Positions 1 through 9,754 of a stretch of DNA of 60,185 nucleotides are shown piece after piece. Source of the stretch: a virus (Duplodnaviria; Caudoviricetes); IMG/VR virus record IMGVR_UViG_3300036766_000363, positions 1-60,185 of that record. One strand, given 5' to 3'. The notes beneath the pieces are model-generated. The model had not been told where the DNA came from. It made no database searches and was given only the letters and a program-made list of their open reading frames with translations. A program made the translations under genes and the position numbers. The number at the start of each line of letters is the position of its first letter. Position 1 is the stretch's first letter.

Positions 1-159
1 CGACTGGGGAAACTCAATCTTGTTCTCCCCGGCAAGCGCCTTGCGGAATTCGTCTACAAGAAGGTTGTCGTCGCGCCAGAAATCGATCGCGTCTGAAAAG
101 CGCGCACGAAGCTGTCCTTCGTCTGGGAGGTCGAGGGCGTAATCGAGAGAAGCCGCCAT
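1..159 (-). CDS. Probable N-terminal fragment of the portal protein (runs off the window start)
   Basis: ATG at 159; open frame MAASLDYALDLPDEGQLRARFSDAIDFWRDDNLLVDEFRKALAGENKIEFPQS to base 1; downstream of terL; the portal ORF at the other end is open to the window edge and lacks its N-terminus. Confidence 0.7.
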   Translation of the reverse strand, partial: MAASLDYALDLPDEGQLRARFSDAIDFWRDDNLLVDEFRKALAGENKIEFPQS

Positions 160-218
160 GAGCACATCCGTAGTGCCCCGCTTGTCAAGGGGCTACAGAT
201 GCAGTATGTCACATTATG

Positions 219-1046
219 TCAAGTAGCGGGAGCGACCGCCATTCGCAACTGCCGCCTCGGCACCCAATCAGGGTCTTCTGGCACATCCCACAACGACCAC
301 CACCCGGATTCCCATTGCTCGCGCCGAATCCCAAATTGTGCGTACCTGTAGCGGCGCCGCTCAGTAAGGGCGCGCTTGATCCGCTGAGGGAGTTCCATCA
401 AGGGGGGTGCGGGAAGATGCACCGTGCTGACAATGCCCGTCCTCAACTCGCGGTCGAGTTCCCGCTGGAGCGCCCAGATTACGAGGTCAATGTGGTCGTC
501 GGACACAGGGTCAATACCCTCGTCGATGCCAGGGTAATAGAGGTCGGGGTTCCGCCACACTTCACAGGCGTCACGGATGTCCTCGTTGATCTCGTTGCCG
601 AGGTCCAGTAAGCAGAAGGCCAGTTCGGGGTTACGACTGCCTTTGTCCGGCTGGATGGAGTCGATCGTGGCGGGGGTAGTGGACGACAACCCGTTCCGCA
701 GCCTCAACTTCTCGAACATTACATGGGTGGGAAGAAACTGCTCCACAGAACGCAACAGTTCCTTATAGGTCTGTTCGCGCCTGTCAGTGAGAGGCTGGTG
801 GTCGTATTCAGGCTCAACCCACGTTGCGAACACGCCAAGGGCGTTCGGGACAATCATGCTTGAGAACACACGCAAACGACGACCAGGGGTGGCTTCGGCA
901 TCGTTGAGCGCCACCCCATTCTCAATAAACTTGCGCTCACCAAAAGGGATCACCATATTGTGGACCTTTCGCATGGTCTCTCCGTCAGGCATGGGGAAGC
1001 CGAAGAATTCGGAATACACAGCTATCTGTGCGGCGAAGTTAGGCAT
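219..1046 (-). CDS. Hypothetical protein (275 aa)
   Basis: Long ORF in the terminase-portal operon; no recognised motif. Confidence 0.75.
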   Translation of the reverse strand: MPNFAAQIAVYSEFFGFPMPDGETMRKVHNMVIPFGERKFIENGVALNDAEATPGRRLRVFSSMIVPNALGVFATWVEPEYDHQPLTDRREQTYKELLRSVEQFLPTHVMFEKLRLRNGLSSTTPATIDSIQPDKGSRNPELAFCLLDLGNEINEDIRDACEVWRNPDLYYPGIDEGIDPVSDDHIDLVIWALQRELDRELRTGIVSTVHLPAPPLMELPQRIKRALTERRRYRYAQFGIRREQWESGWWSLWDVPEDPDWVPRRQLRMAVAPAT

Positions 1047-1173
1047 GATTTCTATTTAAATCACATTCTTTACAAAAAGAATTACGCCCATACTTGCCCA
1101 ACTTATTAGAATAAAAATCTTCTAAATCCTTGTTGCGCTGGCACTGGGTACAGACCTTGCTTTGGGGAATCAT
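1039..1173 (-). pseudogene. Zinc-finger-only remnant of an HNH/endonuclease VII-type gene (44 aa)
   Basis: MIPQSKVCTQCQRNKDLEDFYSNKLGKYGRNSFCKECDLNRNHA; CxxC...CKEC; AT-rich; TAATG coupling. Confidence 0.55.
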
Positions 1174-1319
1174 TAAGGCTCCACGTCAGGACTCGCACCT
1201 TCCCGAACTTGCTGTGGGCAGATGCGATCGGGCGAGGTATAGGTCTCCCACAGAGGACTCGCGTCTGGATTAGTCGTAGGTGTAATAACTGGCGTGGTAA
1301 CCGGCGCTTGCGTAGGCAT
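1173..1319 (-). CDS. Small hypothetical protein (48 aa)
   Basis: MPTQAPVTTP...DVEP; TGATG and TAATG overlaps with both neighbours. Confidence 0.55.
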   Translation of the reverse strand: MPTQAPVTTPVITPTTNPDASPLWETYTSPDRICPQQVREGASPDVEP

Positions 1320-1756
1320 CAGGGTATCCTTTTCCCGCGAACCCTTTTAGGTTTCGGGGTCGCGGTCTGCTCCCATTTTAGCATTGCATCGGAAATCTCT
1401 GCTTTGTCAATATCCCTTCCGTCTTCCGTAGCCATCGGCCCACCGGCTATCTCGCGCCTGGCTGAGAAGGTCTTGAGGAGCAGAGGCTTCCCTATCAGCT
1501 TACCATCGGGGGACTTCGCGTCCTGGGGGATCAAGTAATCCAAAACAAGACAGTCGCCACGAGAGAGAAGGAGGGCGGCTTCGGGTTCATTATTTTCCAC
1601 GCAGAAAAGGATTGCAGCAGCGATGTCGTCGTTCAGGTCAAGGGACACAGGGGGATACGAGCGCCACTGTTCGATGTTCGCCATCTCGTGCCTGACATAC
1701 ATCCTGAGCAGCCATAGCTCATCGAGGGTCAGAATCACCGAAGCGGTATCGATCAT
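1319..1756 (-). CDS. Hypothetical protein (145 aa)
   Basis: ORF directly after terL, same strand. Confidence 0.7.
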   Translation of the reverse strand: MIDTASVILTLDELWLLRMYVRHEMANIEQWRSYPPVSLDLNDDIAAAILFCVENNEPEAALLLSRGDCLVLDYLIPQDAKSPDGKLIGKPLLLKTFSARREIAGGPMATEDGRDIDKAEISDAMLKWEQTATPKPKRVRGKRIP

Positions 1757-1765
1757 GGGGCTATT

Positions 1766-3280
1766 CTACACCACCCTCCCCAATACGTTCGCCAAGAGAT
1801 GGGATGCCATACTATTCGCCCTCATAGCTTCCTCGGCATACCTGAGCGCGTCCGCGAGATCGATGTCAACCTTCGGTTTTCCAGTTTCGGGATCTGCAAT
1901 GTACGATGCAATATCGTCGAAGAACGTGTGCTCCCGCCCCGTCATGTCTTTGGCGCTTAACCCCTCAAGAAAGTAAAGGCCGGGCTTGCCGTCCTTCTGC
2001 GGCATCATCCGCTGTGAAACATGCTTAATCCCCTCCTCCACCGACCCCGGCCCCCCGTTAGTCGCGGAGACCCAGAATATCTTCCTCCACTCTTGGATCG
2101 CCACCATTTGACTCTTGTCGGCCTTCCACTGAATTTGACGCTTACTCCCCTTCTCCAGGCCCTTTTCTTCTGAGCACCAACGCATCGAAGCGAGCACCAT
2201 CCACTTCTTTTGTTCTTCCGCAATACCTGGGCCTCTCGCCTTAAACATATCAACGACAATCATCTTGGGCGGGTCCTCCGTGGTCACGACCGCCACAATC
2301 CCCGCCGAGAAGTGGCTTGTAGAGTGCTCCCCCCCAAAGTCCAGTCCGCCAATGACGCGGTTATACGGTGGCAATTCTCCCTTCCACTCGTGCTCACGAC
2401 GAGAAAGGTGTGAGTATATCTGGCCCGTGAATGTCCCCCAGTCGCCATCGAGGAAGCGCCGTGCAACGTCCGGGGCAAAGGTGGCGCGCAGGGACTCCTC
2501 GTACCCCTCGTGCATATGAGGGTTGTCCGACACCTTGCTCGGGATGAAGTGAACCCTTGTCTTCGCCTTCGCCATCGCCTCTTCGTCGAGCCTGCGGTCA
2601 ATGAACCACTCCTTGAACCACCCAGGCCAGGGGTTGCTACAGGCAAGGAAGACATACTTCGGGACAGGAATGCGCGCAAAGCCAAGCCCTTTCCAGTAGG
2701 GGGCCGACTGGAAAGGCAAGCGCCAGCGGAGGCGCGAGAGAAGCATCTGGGCCACAGAAATCGGCTTGGCGTCCGGTATTTCCCCAGCCTCGTCGAGGAG
2801 CACGGCGCCGAAGGTACCACCCCCTATACCCGTCACGTCCTTCAATTCACGGAAGGTAATCCGGCTGGCAATCCCCTTCGGCCAACCGCTGGCCCGGATC
2901 TCCACCCAGTTCTCGTTGTCGTTCTTCTTGGAAATCAGGAGAGGGTCACAGACCTCGAAGAAGAGGGGGATCACCGTGTCTTTCAGGTCCTTGAAGTCCT
3001 TACGCCCCACGAGGATCTTGTTGCCGGGATATTGCAGGGCGAGGTCAATCGCCAGTTCAATCAGAGCCCTGGTCTTGCCCCCGCCAAAGGCGCCTCCGAA
3101 TCCGATGATGCTCAAGCTCCCCGGCGCAGCCTCCGCGATGATGTCCCATATCTTTGCTTGTGTCGGCTCAGGGACAAACGGAGGAGGCCGGTCATCGGAC
3201 GGCTCGGGAAAGGCAAACTCGACCTCGGCATCGACATCTGTGCGAGGGCGGCCGGGCGGCCTGCCGGTTGGCTTTACCAC
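1766..3280 (-). CDS. terL: Terminase large subunit
   Basis: Walker A GGAFGGGKT, Walker B VLLDEAGE, ACSNP motif, DNPH, nuclease GGLDFG and terminal DxxDALRYA. Confidence 0.95.
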   Translation of the reverse strand: MVKPTGRPPGRPRTDVDAEVEFAFPEPSDDRPPPFVPEPTQAKIWDIIAEAAPGSLSIIGFGGAFGGGKTRALIELAIDLALQYPGNKILVGRKDFKDLKDTVIPLFFEVCDPLLISKKNDNENWVEIRASGWPKGIASRITFRELKDVTGIGGGTFGAVLLDEAGEIPDAKPISVAQMLLSRLRWRLPFQSAPYWKGLGFARIPVPKYVFLACSNPWPGWFKEWFIDRRLDEEAMAKAKTRVHFIPSKVSDNPHMHEGYEESLRATFAPDVARRFLDGDWGTFTGQIYSHLSRREHEWKGELPPYNRVIGGLDFGGEHSTSHFSAGIVAVVTTEDPPKMIVVDMFKARGPGIAEEQKKWMVLASMRWCSEEKGLEKGSKRQIQWKADKSQMVAIQEWRKIFWVSATNGGPGSVEEGIKHVSQRMMPQKDGKPGLYFLEGLSAKDMTGREHTFFDDIASYIADPETGKPKVDIDLADALRYAEEAMRANSMASHLLANVLGRVV

Positions 3281-3427
3281 CCCTTAGCCTTACGCACCAA
3301 TCGCATGAAGGCCAACGCATTCTCAAAACTATCGTGGCCCTGGGCTACAAGGCCAAGCCGGGGACGGTTCAGCAGGCGAACAGTGTGTACACCCTGTTCG
3401 CCCCAACTCGTTTGAAACACGATGTTC

Positions 3428-3808
3428 TCATATCGTCTCATCTTCGCCCCCTTCGCCGTCTACGACCTGGCAATGCTCGCAATCGCAATCCTCAGCCGCT
3501 GCTTCACCAAACCCGGCGATCATCTGCATCCCCGCGAACAGCGCCCCAAGGGTCAAGTCCTGCGGGGTAACCATCAGCCCCTGTGCCTCGGAGACCGGTT
3601 CCTCAAACACGGCCTCGGTGAAAGCGGGCGGGACAACCTGCCGCTCGCCAACCCCGGTCAACGCCTGTCGCACCAGGTACAACGCCTCATCGACGTTCCG
3701 GGCCACGAGGTTGGTCAGGGGGTTCCCAAACGCCATTGCCGCCGCTGGGTCAACAACCTGCACAATCCAGCCGTTCCCGGCTTCAACCAACGATACCTGT
3801 TTGTTCAT
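3428..3808 (-). CDS. Hypothetical protein (126 aa)
   Basis: GGAGG SD; upstream TTGACA and TGcTAGAAT near 3896-3920. Confidence 0.65.
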   Translation of the reverse strand: MNKQVSLVEAGNGWIVQVVDPAAAMAFGNPLTNLVARNVDEALYLVRQALTGVGERQVVPPAFTEAVFEEPVSEAQGLMVTPQDLTLGALFAGMQMIAGFGEAAAEDCDCEHCQVVDGEGGEDETI

Positions 3809-3916
3809 GTCCCCTCCCAGGGAGTGGGCAGACCGGGCGGGGCGAGGAGGAAGGAGGAGGGAAGGAAGCGGGGACCCCGCCCGTACTGCCCTCAGATTCT
3901 AGCACACATCCTTTTG

Positions 3917-4336
3917 TCAAGCCCGTGCGCCCTGCTTCTTCCTCTCGATAGCACGTTGGCACTCCCGGCAATTGCGCCTTCCCGTCCGCTGGTAGGTATT
4001 CTCTTCGTCGAAAGGATGCCCGTGAATGCAATGTGTCTGTCGGGACTTGCTGGCCGCGATCCCTTCGCCTCGCAAGACGTTCTCCCGACACGTCACTGGC
4101 TCTAGGTGTGTCGGATAAACGCAATTCCGTATCCGGCAAAGGTGATCGAGTTGAAGTCCATCGGGGATCGGGCCGACTAACAGTTCGTAAGCGAAGCGGT
4201 GGGCCTTGACCTGCTTCCCGTCGAGCTTGAACAGCCCGTAGCCAGCGTAGCTTTTCCATGCCGTCCAGAGCCAACAGCCCTCTGTCCTATCGACCTTTGC
4301 CCAGAATCGTTCTTCTATGGTAGGATTGCTTCGCAT
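3917..4336 (-). CDS. HNH homing endonuclease (HNH_3-like)
   Basis: ERFWAKV, CWLW, AHRFAYE, LDHLCR, HLEPVT..EN, THCxxGH; start placed at ATG 4336 after the conserved leader. Confidence 0.92.
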   Translation of the reverse strand: MRSNPTIEERFWAKVDRTEGCWLWTAWKSYAGYGLFKLDGKQVKAHRFAYELLVGPIPDGLQLDHLCRIRNCVYPTHLEPVTCRENVLRGEGIAASKSRQTHCIHGHPFDEENTYQRTGRRNCRECQRAIERKKQGARA

Positions 4337-4408
4337 CGTGAACTCACTTTCTTGGTGCCGTACCCCGGACGCTAACACGTCGCGGGGCCTTTCCCTTAGT
4401 ATACCACG
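4337..4408 (-). promoter_or_regulatory. HNH leader copy 1: extended -10 (TGGTATACT) plus hairpin
   Basis: Near-identical to 13077-13148; stem GCCCCG-C-GACG/CGTC-CGGGGT. Confidence 0.75.
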
Positions 4409-4469
4409 TCTCTCGCCATCCCGCAGGTAAAGATTTCTCCTTCCCCTTGACTTGTTAAACGTGATACAC

Positions 4470-4680
4470 TAGGGGCAGTTCCAACACAGGCCACAGAACG
4501 GGCACAGCCCTGGTGGATTCCCTGAGTAGGAACCAGTCGGTCCTCGTGGACACCTCCGCAAAGAGCGGCCCTGACCCAGCCACGCAAATCGTCGTGAGGG
4601 GACAGGGACAACCGTAGTTCAAGCGGTGAGTCCCCTAAATCCGAACGGCATTCGGAAAAGGGGGTAGGGGGTTCTTTAAC
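4470..4680 (+). ncRNA. Putative structured non-coding RNA
   Basis: Follows TGaTACACT (-10); run of hairpins GGGC/GCCC, CTGGT-TTCC/GGAA-CCAG, GTCC/GGAC, CCGC/GCGG, ACCG/CGGT, TCCGAA/TTCGGA; no convincing ORF. Confidence 0.4.
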
Positions 4681-4902
4681 TTTTGATGAGGCATAGCCTC
4701 GGAGAAAATGAAGAAAGACTTATATATAAATATTCAACCTTCTTTCCCTACCCCTTACGGGCGCGGCCTTTAAGGCCGCGCGAACAGCCCTGGCGGAATT
4801 CTTCAAAAAGGTTACATATACATATATGCCCCGCTTCAACCGCTTCACCCGGTTAGCCAGGGCCAGGACTGCGCCCAAATGAAGGGGCTTCGACCATTCT
4901 AC

Positions 4903-4976
4903 TTCGACGTGGTGTAATGGTAGCACAATTGGCTCTGAACCAATAAGTGGGGGTTCAAATCCTTCCGTCGAAACCA
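4903..4976 (+). tRNA. tRNA-Gln (anticodon CTG)
   Basis: Acceptor TTCGACG/CGTCGAA, D-arm GTG..TAATGGTAG..CAC, anticodon arm ATTGG-CTCTGAA-CCAAT, GGTTCAAATCC T-arm, encoded CCA; U1-A72 pair. Confidence 0.93.
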
Positions 4977-5119
4977 AGTTGCTGATCGCGCGCGCGTAAG
5001 GGCTATTTTGGGACCCTTCTTCGACATCCTCCTTCGACTAATTTCGTCGAAGCCTGACGAAGCCGAGAAGGCGGCGGCTAAAGCAGAGAAAGTAGTGGCA
5101 GCGGAAAAGGAGCATTGCA

Positions 5120-5287
5120 ATGGATAAGCGTTACGAATGGACCCCTGAAAAAGAGTTCTACATTAAGAGGCACTTCTTGTGTTCCTGTAATTACCAGGAC
5201 GCCGATCCGGGCTGCTTCGTTCATTGGCCCATCGACGAAGAAGATAGCGCGAAAACCTCGCCCCTCACTGATAAAGTAAAGCGATAA
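5120..5287 (+). CDS. Small hypothetical protein (55 aa)
   Basis: AAGGAG SD; MDKRYEWTPEKEFYIKRHFLCSC... Confidence 0.5.
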   Translation: MDKRYEWTPEKEFYIKRHFLCSCNYQDADPGCFVHWPIDEEDSAKTSPLTDKVKR

Positions 5288-5678
5288 AGCGGGCGATAAA
5301 AAACTGAACCCGCGCACACGTAGGGGTGGGAATGACCTAGAGTCCCACTACTAATAGAGACGCGAAGCCGACCGACCTTTTGTTCGTTATGTCAACCGCC
5401 ACGGGCCGCCCTGGTCCTTCTACACTCCATTTCTATGCTCAATTTCTACCGGCGCTTAGATTCAGATAGGCCCATATCCAGACTCGGGATACCCCTACTC
5501 TATAAAGGGTGGCGCCCTGCCCGGTTCATGCGAACAACTGACGGACGGTTGCTGTATGTCGGGCGCCAGGAGCATACATCGTTAGCCTAACGTGAACCTT
5601 TAGCACCGTGCTAACCTTTAGCTTCACGCTAGATACGCGCATACGCTAGACTGCGCCCACCGATCCCGAGTCTTTCCG

Positions 5679-5767
5679 CGGCCTTTCTGTCCTCCGGCCT
5701 TTCTGTCCTCCGGCCTTTCTGTCCTCCGGCCTTTCTGTCCTCCGGCCTTTCTGTCCTCCGGCCTTTC
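5679..5767. repeat. Tandem repeat, 16-bp unit CGGCCTTTCTGTCCTC x5.5
   Basis: Five exact copies plus a partial copy, no spacers, flanked by CTTTCCGCGGCC at both ends. Confidence 0.95.
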
Positions 5768-5955
5768 CGCGGCCATTCCGCCCATAATCCCGCACCCTTA
5801 CGTAAGCGTTAGGGTTCTTGAGCCTCATTCTATGACGTGTCCCGATATTTCCATACTCGTTTGTTCTTTCTTACATAAGTCGCTATTCGTAGGCTCCGAG
5901 TGCGCGTAGAAATGGATTAGGCGCTCCGAACGGAGTCCAGAAAGCGAAGGATCCC

Positions 5956-6258
5956 ATGGCGCAGGAATGTTGTCGCTGGTGCGATGAATGCGGACAAACA
6001 CTGGTAGAAAGGCTGATCGCCTTGTGCGACGGCTACGTAGAGCTCGGCTGCTCAGTCACTGAGCAGATGGCGGCCATCCTCATTGAGGGCGAAAGCGCCG
6101 AAGATCAGAATCCCGCCGCCTTGACGGCGGCGGCCCGATGGATGGGCGAAGCGGCCCGGTTTGCGGCCGAAGTCGGAGGGGAGCAAGGGTACGCCCAACG
6201 CGAATTGTCCGAAGCGGCCGATTTGTTGGACGAAGCTTCGGAGCGTGCCGAAAGCTAA
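5956..6258 (+). CDS. Early hypothetical protein
   Basis: AAGGA SD; first gene of the plus-strand operon. Confidence 0.7.
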   Translation: MAQECCRWCDECGQTLVERLIALCDGYVELGCSVTEQMAAILIEGESAEDQNPAALTAAARWMGEAARFAAEVGGEQGYAQRELSEAADLLDEASERAES

Positions 6259-6338
6259 CCCCCGTTCGTATCGGACCTACCGCTCGGGCATCCGGGCGGG
6301 AGTCCGGTCCTAACCGGAAAGAATGGAAGGAAACGATC

Positions 6339-6644
6339 ATGGCACGCAAACCCCTGGAGACTGTCTATACCGGCGCCTATGGATTCCGAGATTGCGATAT
6401 GCTCGGAAAGATCTGGGCTCGGACCCCCGCCTACTTCGTAAGGGCAATGTCCCGCGTTATCAATAGTGAAGCGCGCACCTATGCCAATGGCGCCGAAACG
6501 CTCTCCGAGATTCGCGATCAGATCTGGTATGTCGGCCCATTCGAGGAGGGCGTAGAGGATCTGGTAGCGGATCTGGAAGAAAAGGGACGCGAGCAGGAAT
6601 TGCGCGACGATCTGGAATCGTCCACTTGGGGATACGTTTACTAG
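6339..6644 (+). CDS. Early hypothetical protein
   Basis: GAAGGA SD, MARKPLETVY... Confidence 0.7.
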   Translation: MARKPLETVYTGAYGFRDCDMLGKIWARTPAYFVRAMSRVINSEARTYANGAETLSEIRDQIWYVGPFEEGVEDLVADLEEKGREQELRDDLESSTWGYVY

Positions 6645-6741
6645 AGCGGTCCCCTACGCGCATCCCGGCCGCCAGGGTCAACCTTACGGCCGGTAGCGCG
6701 CACTGGACATAGAGCCGGTCAACGCGAAAGGATTTTCTACT

Positions 6742-7044
6742 GTGAACACTCCCACTATCGCCCGCGCGCTATGGATGGTGCGTGACGCCGCCCGCAATCC
6801 TTATGCATGGCCGGGCGGTTATCCGCGCTATACCGTCCTGCAAGATGGCGAATTGCTCTGCCCGAAATGCGCCCGTGAAAACTACCGTGAAATTTCGTGG
6901 GAGACTCGTCACGGTGGATCATGGGCGGCCGCCGGGGTGGAAGTCCTTTGGGAGGGCGGATACCTGGACAACGTTTGCGCCCATTGTCATATCCCGCTGG
7001 ATTCCGCGTATGGCAACGTCGAATTCCCGAGCGAAGATCGCTAA
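6742..7044 (+). CDS. Conserved phage early protein (YAWPGGYP...CxxC)
   Basis: AWPGGYP motif recalled from phage early regions; AAAGGA SD. Confidence 0.75.
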   Translation: MNTPTIARALWMVRDAARNPYAWPGGYPRYTVLQDGELLCPKCARENYREISWETRHGGSWAAAGVEVLWEGGYLDNVCAHCHIPLDSAYGNVEFPSEDR

Positions 7045-7129
7045 CCCTTTTCTACGCGGACGATCGGGCGGCTTGTCTGCCCGGCGGTCCGGTTAGAAAA
7101 CCGGAAAAGGAAAGAGGAGTTAGTCAACG

Positions 7130-7432
7130 ATGAAAACCCTGTACCAGCGTCATGCGGGCTCCATAACCGTCACGGTCCGGGCGGAACCGGACCCCATCCG
7201 GCCGGATTGGGATCTTTCCCCTGAACGCCTGGACGCTTACGAGCGGGATCAATGGGCCATGATCGGGATCGTCGCGGTCGTCACCCTGGACGGCGCCGAC
7301 ATTGGATCGTCCAGCCTATGGGGGATCGAAGATGATAGCGGGGATCGCTACCTTCGGAGTGAAGCGCGCCAGATCGCCGGGGAAGCAATCGCGGACGCGC
7401 GCGCATGGATCGGGCGGCGCTACCATGCCTGA
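7130..7432 (+). CDS. Early hypothetical protein
   Basis: GAGGAG SD; SLWGIE motif. Confidence 0.7.
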   Translation: MKTLYQRHAGSITVTVRAEPDPIRPDWDLSPERLDAYERDQWAMIGIVAVVTLDGADIGSSSLWGIEDDSGDRYLRSEARQIAGEAIADARAWIGRRYHA

Positions 7433-8265
7433 TAACGATCGGATCTGGTATTGCTTTACGTGTGGGACGGGCGGGCACCATTCCCCCTGTCGCGATCATA
7501 CCCGGCCGGTGCGCCGTGGACCAAAGGATGCCGCCGTCGATATGCGGGCCGGGGACGGATGGATCATGCCCCTATCCGATGCTATCGCGGCGGGCCTGGT
7601 AGAGAAGCAGGAGGGCGGTCATGCCTGATCGTTACTACGTTCGGACGCTAGGTTATCTCCCGGCCGATCCGTGGATTCATTACGTAGAACTGTCGGACGG
7701 GAATATCTGGACCATCGATCAGCGATCCGGCCGCAAGTCTAATTGCGGACCGGCCGAAACTTTCGATTTCTCTCGGTGGCGCATAACTACCGGGCCAGGG
7801 ATCAGGGGTTAGCCTAGTCGTCCGAGTCGCCGGGGGGATCTTCGGATTCACCCCGGCCGCGCGGAACTAGGGATCAGTGAATCCCGATCCGTGGGGGGAA
7901 GTCACCATGAAGCTATCCGCCATGATCCCGGCGCGACGGCCGGACCATATCGCGCGGTTGGACGTGCCCCGCCGCATAGAGCGCGCGGACTCTATCAGGA
8001 TCGGCATGGAACTGCGCGCCGAATACGGCGCCAGGGTGAGGATCTAGACGTGAAAATCTCTCGGGTGAATCCTTACGTTGACTATCGCGGCTGGAACCTC
8101 ATCCCCGGCCGGTGTGAAGCGGCCGTAATGGGATCGTGGAGGGAGCGTCAATGCTCCCGGCGAGCTACCGGGGCATACGCCGTCCGCGTTTTCGGGAGCA
8201 ATCAGGCTATGCTCCTGTGCACTCAACACGCCGCCGCCGCGAATGTCGGCGAGGAAAGGATCTGA
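7425..8265 (+). CDS. Cluster of small early ORFs (including 7621-7812)
   Basis: Coupled short ORFs with SD-like sequences; boundaries approximate. Confidence 0.45.
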
Positions 8266-8266
8266 A

Positions 8267-8623
8267 ATGACAGGCGAAATGCCCCGGATCGATCCCGTTA
8301 CCGGCGAAACCCCGGACGGGGAAATCTACACCCTCCACGCCGCCATAGCGGCGGCCGTAGGCGGGACGGTTCAGCCGTTCGACGTATACCAGGGGTCGTA
8401 TGTCCTCATCGGCCCGGACGTGAGGATCGGGGATTCCCCTTACGCCGTCGCTGTAAAGGGATTGGGCGTGATTCGCCTATGGATCGGTGACGATCCCAAC
8501 GGCGGCGGAGGATGGGCCACTGTCTACCGCGAAGATAACGAAATGGAGTCGGCCCCCTTCTGGGCGCATGGCCCCCTTGCGGAAGCGGACGCCGTAGCGG
8601 CGGCCCTGGAGGTGCTAGGGTGA
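8267..8623 (+). CDS. Early hypothetical protein
   Basis: AAAGGA SD; GTGA coupling to the next gene. Confidence 0.65.
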   Translation: MTGEMPRIDPVTGETPDGEIYTLHAAIAAAVGGTVQPFDVYQGSYVLIGPDVRIGDSPYAVAVKGLGVIRLWIGDDPNGGGGWATVYREDNEMESAPFWAHGPLAEADAVAAALEVLG

Positions 8624-8958
8624 AGATCCACCCCGAGATCCGCGCGCTTATGGCGCTAGCCTCCGGCGACGGGGACGTATGGGGCTTCGCTATGTCTCAT
8701 AGCTTCGCCATCTCTGAAAACCTCTACGCCTACGGGGAGGACATCCCCGCCGAATGGCAGTTCCGCGATCCGTGGCCCGCCGACTACCGGCGAGCTGAAA
8801 TCGAGGATGACGACGAGAATACCGGCCGCCATTGGCCCGACTGTGAATACTCCAGCCTCTACCGGGCCGGGGAAATCACGGGCGACGATCTCCGGCACGC
8901 CGGGAACGTCCTTAGCCGCTACTGCCGCCGCCTGGTATGGGCGGGGAAGGACTACTAG
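8620..8958 (+). CDS. Early hypothetical protein
   Basis: GGAGG SD; coupled to the previous gene. Confidence 0.7.
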   Translation: MKIHPEIRALMALASGDGDVWGFAMSHSFAISENLYAYGEDIPAEWQFRDPWPADYRRAEIEDDDENTGRHWPDCEYSSLYRAGEITGDDLRHAGNVLSRYCRRLVWAGKDY

Positions 8959-9194
8959 CTATGACTGAGACGACCGAGTGCCCCGGCACTATGAAGCTTG
9001 TTCACTACCGCCTACAGGCCGGGGACGGGTACCCGGAGGGGATCGGGCGCTGCCCGGATTGTAAGGCGATCGTGCTAACGCTCAATCGCTTTGTAACGTA
9101 TGGGGCACTCTGGCCCCACTATCCCGGAGTTGACAACTACCCCGGATCCTAACGTCGTCCACCTAGCCCGCCCCCGGCCGGGTCACGCCGGGGA

Positions 9195-9665
9195 ATGAGG
9201 ATCGCTATGACTGTCAAGAGTGACAAGGCCGCCGAAATGGCGGAAGCAATCGATACCCTGCGTGAGATCCTTCCACCAGGGGCCACCGTTTACACCGTCC
9301 TTCGGCATGTCAGCGCGTCTGGTATGACGCGGCGGATCGATCTCTACTCCATTCAGGACGGTGATATGCGTTGGCTGTCCGGCTACGCTAAGACCGCGCT
9401 CGGCTATCCCCGGACAAAGTTCGACGCGATCACCGTGGGCGGGTGGGGGATGGATATGGGATACCACCTAGTACACAACCTCTCCCGCACCCTCAACACT
9501 GGGGGGTTCGGCTGCGTCGGGGATAACTGCCCGAGCAACGATCACTCGAACGGCGACAGGGACTACACCCCGCACATGAACGGTGCCCCCAATACGTTTT
9601 CCCCCGGTTATGTCGGCCATTGGCACAGCGACGGCGGTTACGCGCTAAGGCATCGATGGATCTAA
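9195..9665 (+). CDS. Conserved phage early protein (TVYTVLRHVSASGM type)
   Basis: Motifs VYTVLRHVSxSGMxR and VGGxGMDMGxHLV. Confidence 0.75.
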   Translation: MRIAMTVKSDKAAEMAEAIDTLREILPPGATVYTVLRHVSASGMTRRIDLYSIQDGDMRWLSGYAKTALGYPRTKFDAITVGGWGMDMGYHLVHNLSRTLNTGGFGCVGDNCPSNDHSNGDRDYTPHMNGAPNTFSPGYVGHWHSDGGYALRHRWI

Positions 9666-9754
9666 CCCTCGCCCTACAGGTTGGCCTATGGGCCCCCCTG
9701 GTCATCATCGCATGGCGCGTAGCGCGCCACTAATGGAAAGGGAACGGTAGAAAC

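Noticed and set aside
4720-4977. 85-aa minus-strand ORF
   Set aside because: Antisense shadow of tRNA-Gln
5679-5767. CRISPR array
   Set aside because: Contiguous 16-bp units with no spacers; the Cas4-like nuclease is an ordinary phage exonuclease
5646-5828. 60-aa ORF
   Set aside because: Produced by the tandem repeat; no SD or domain
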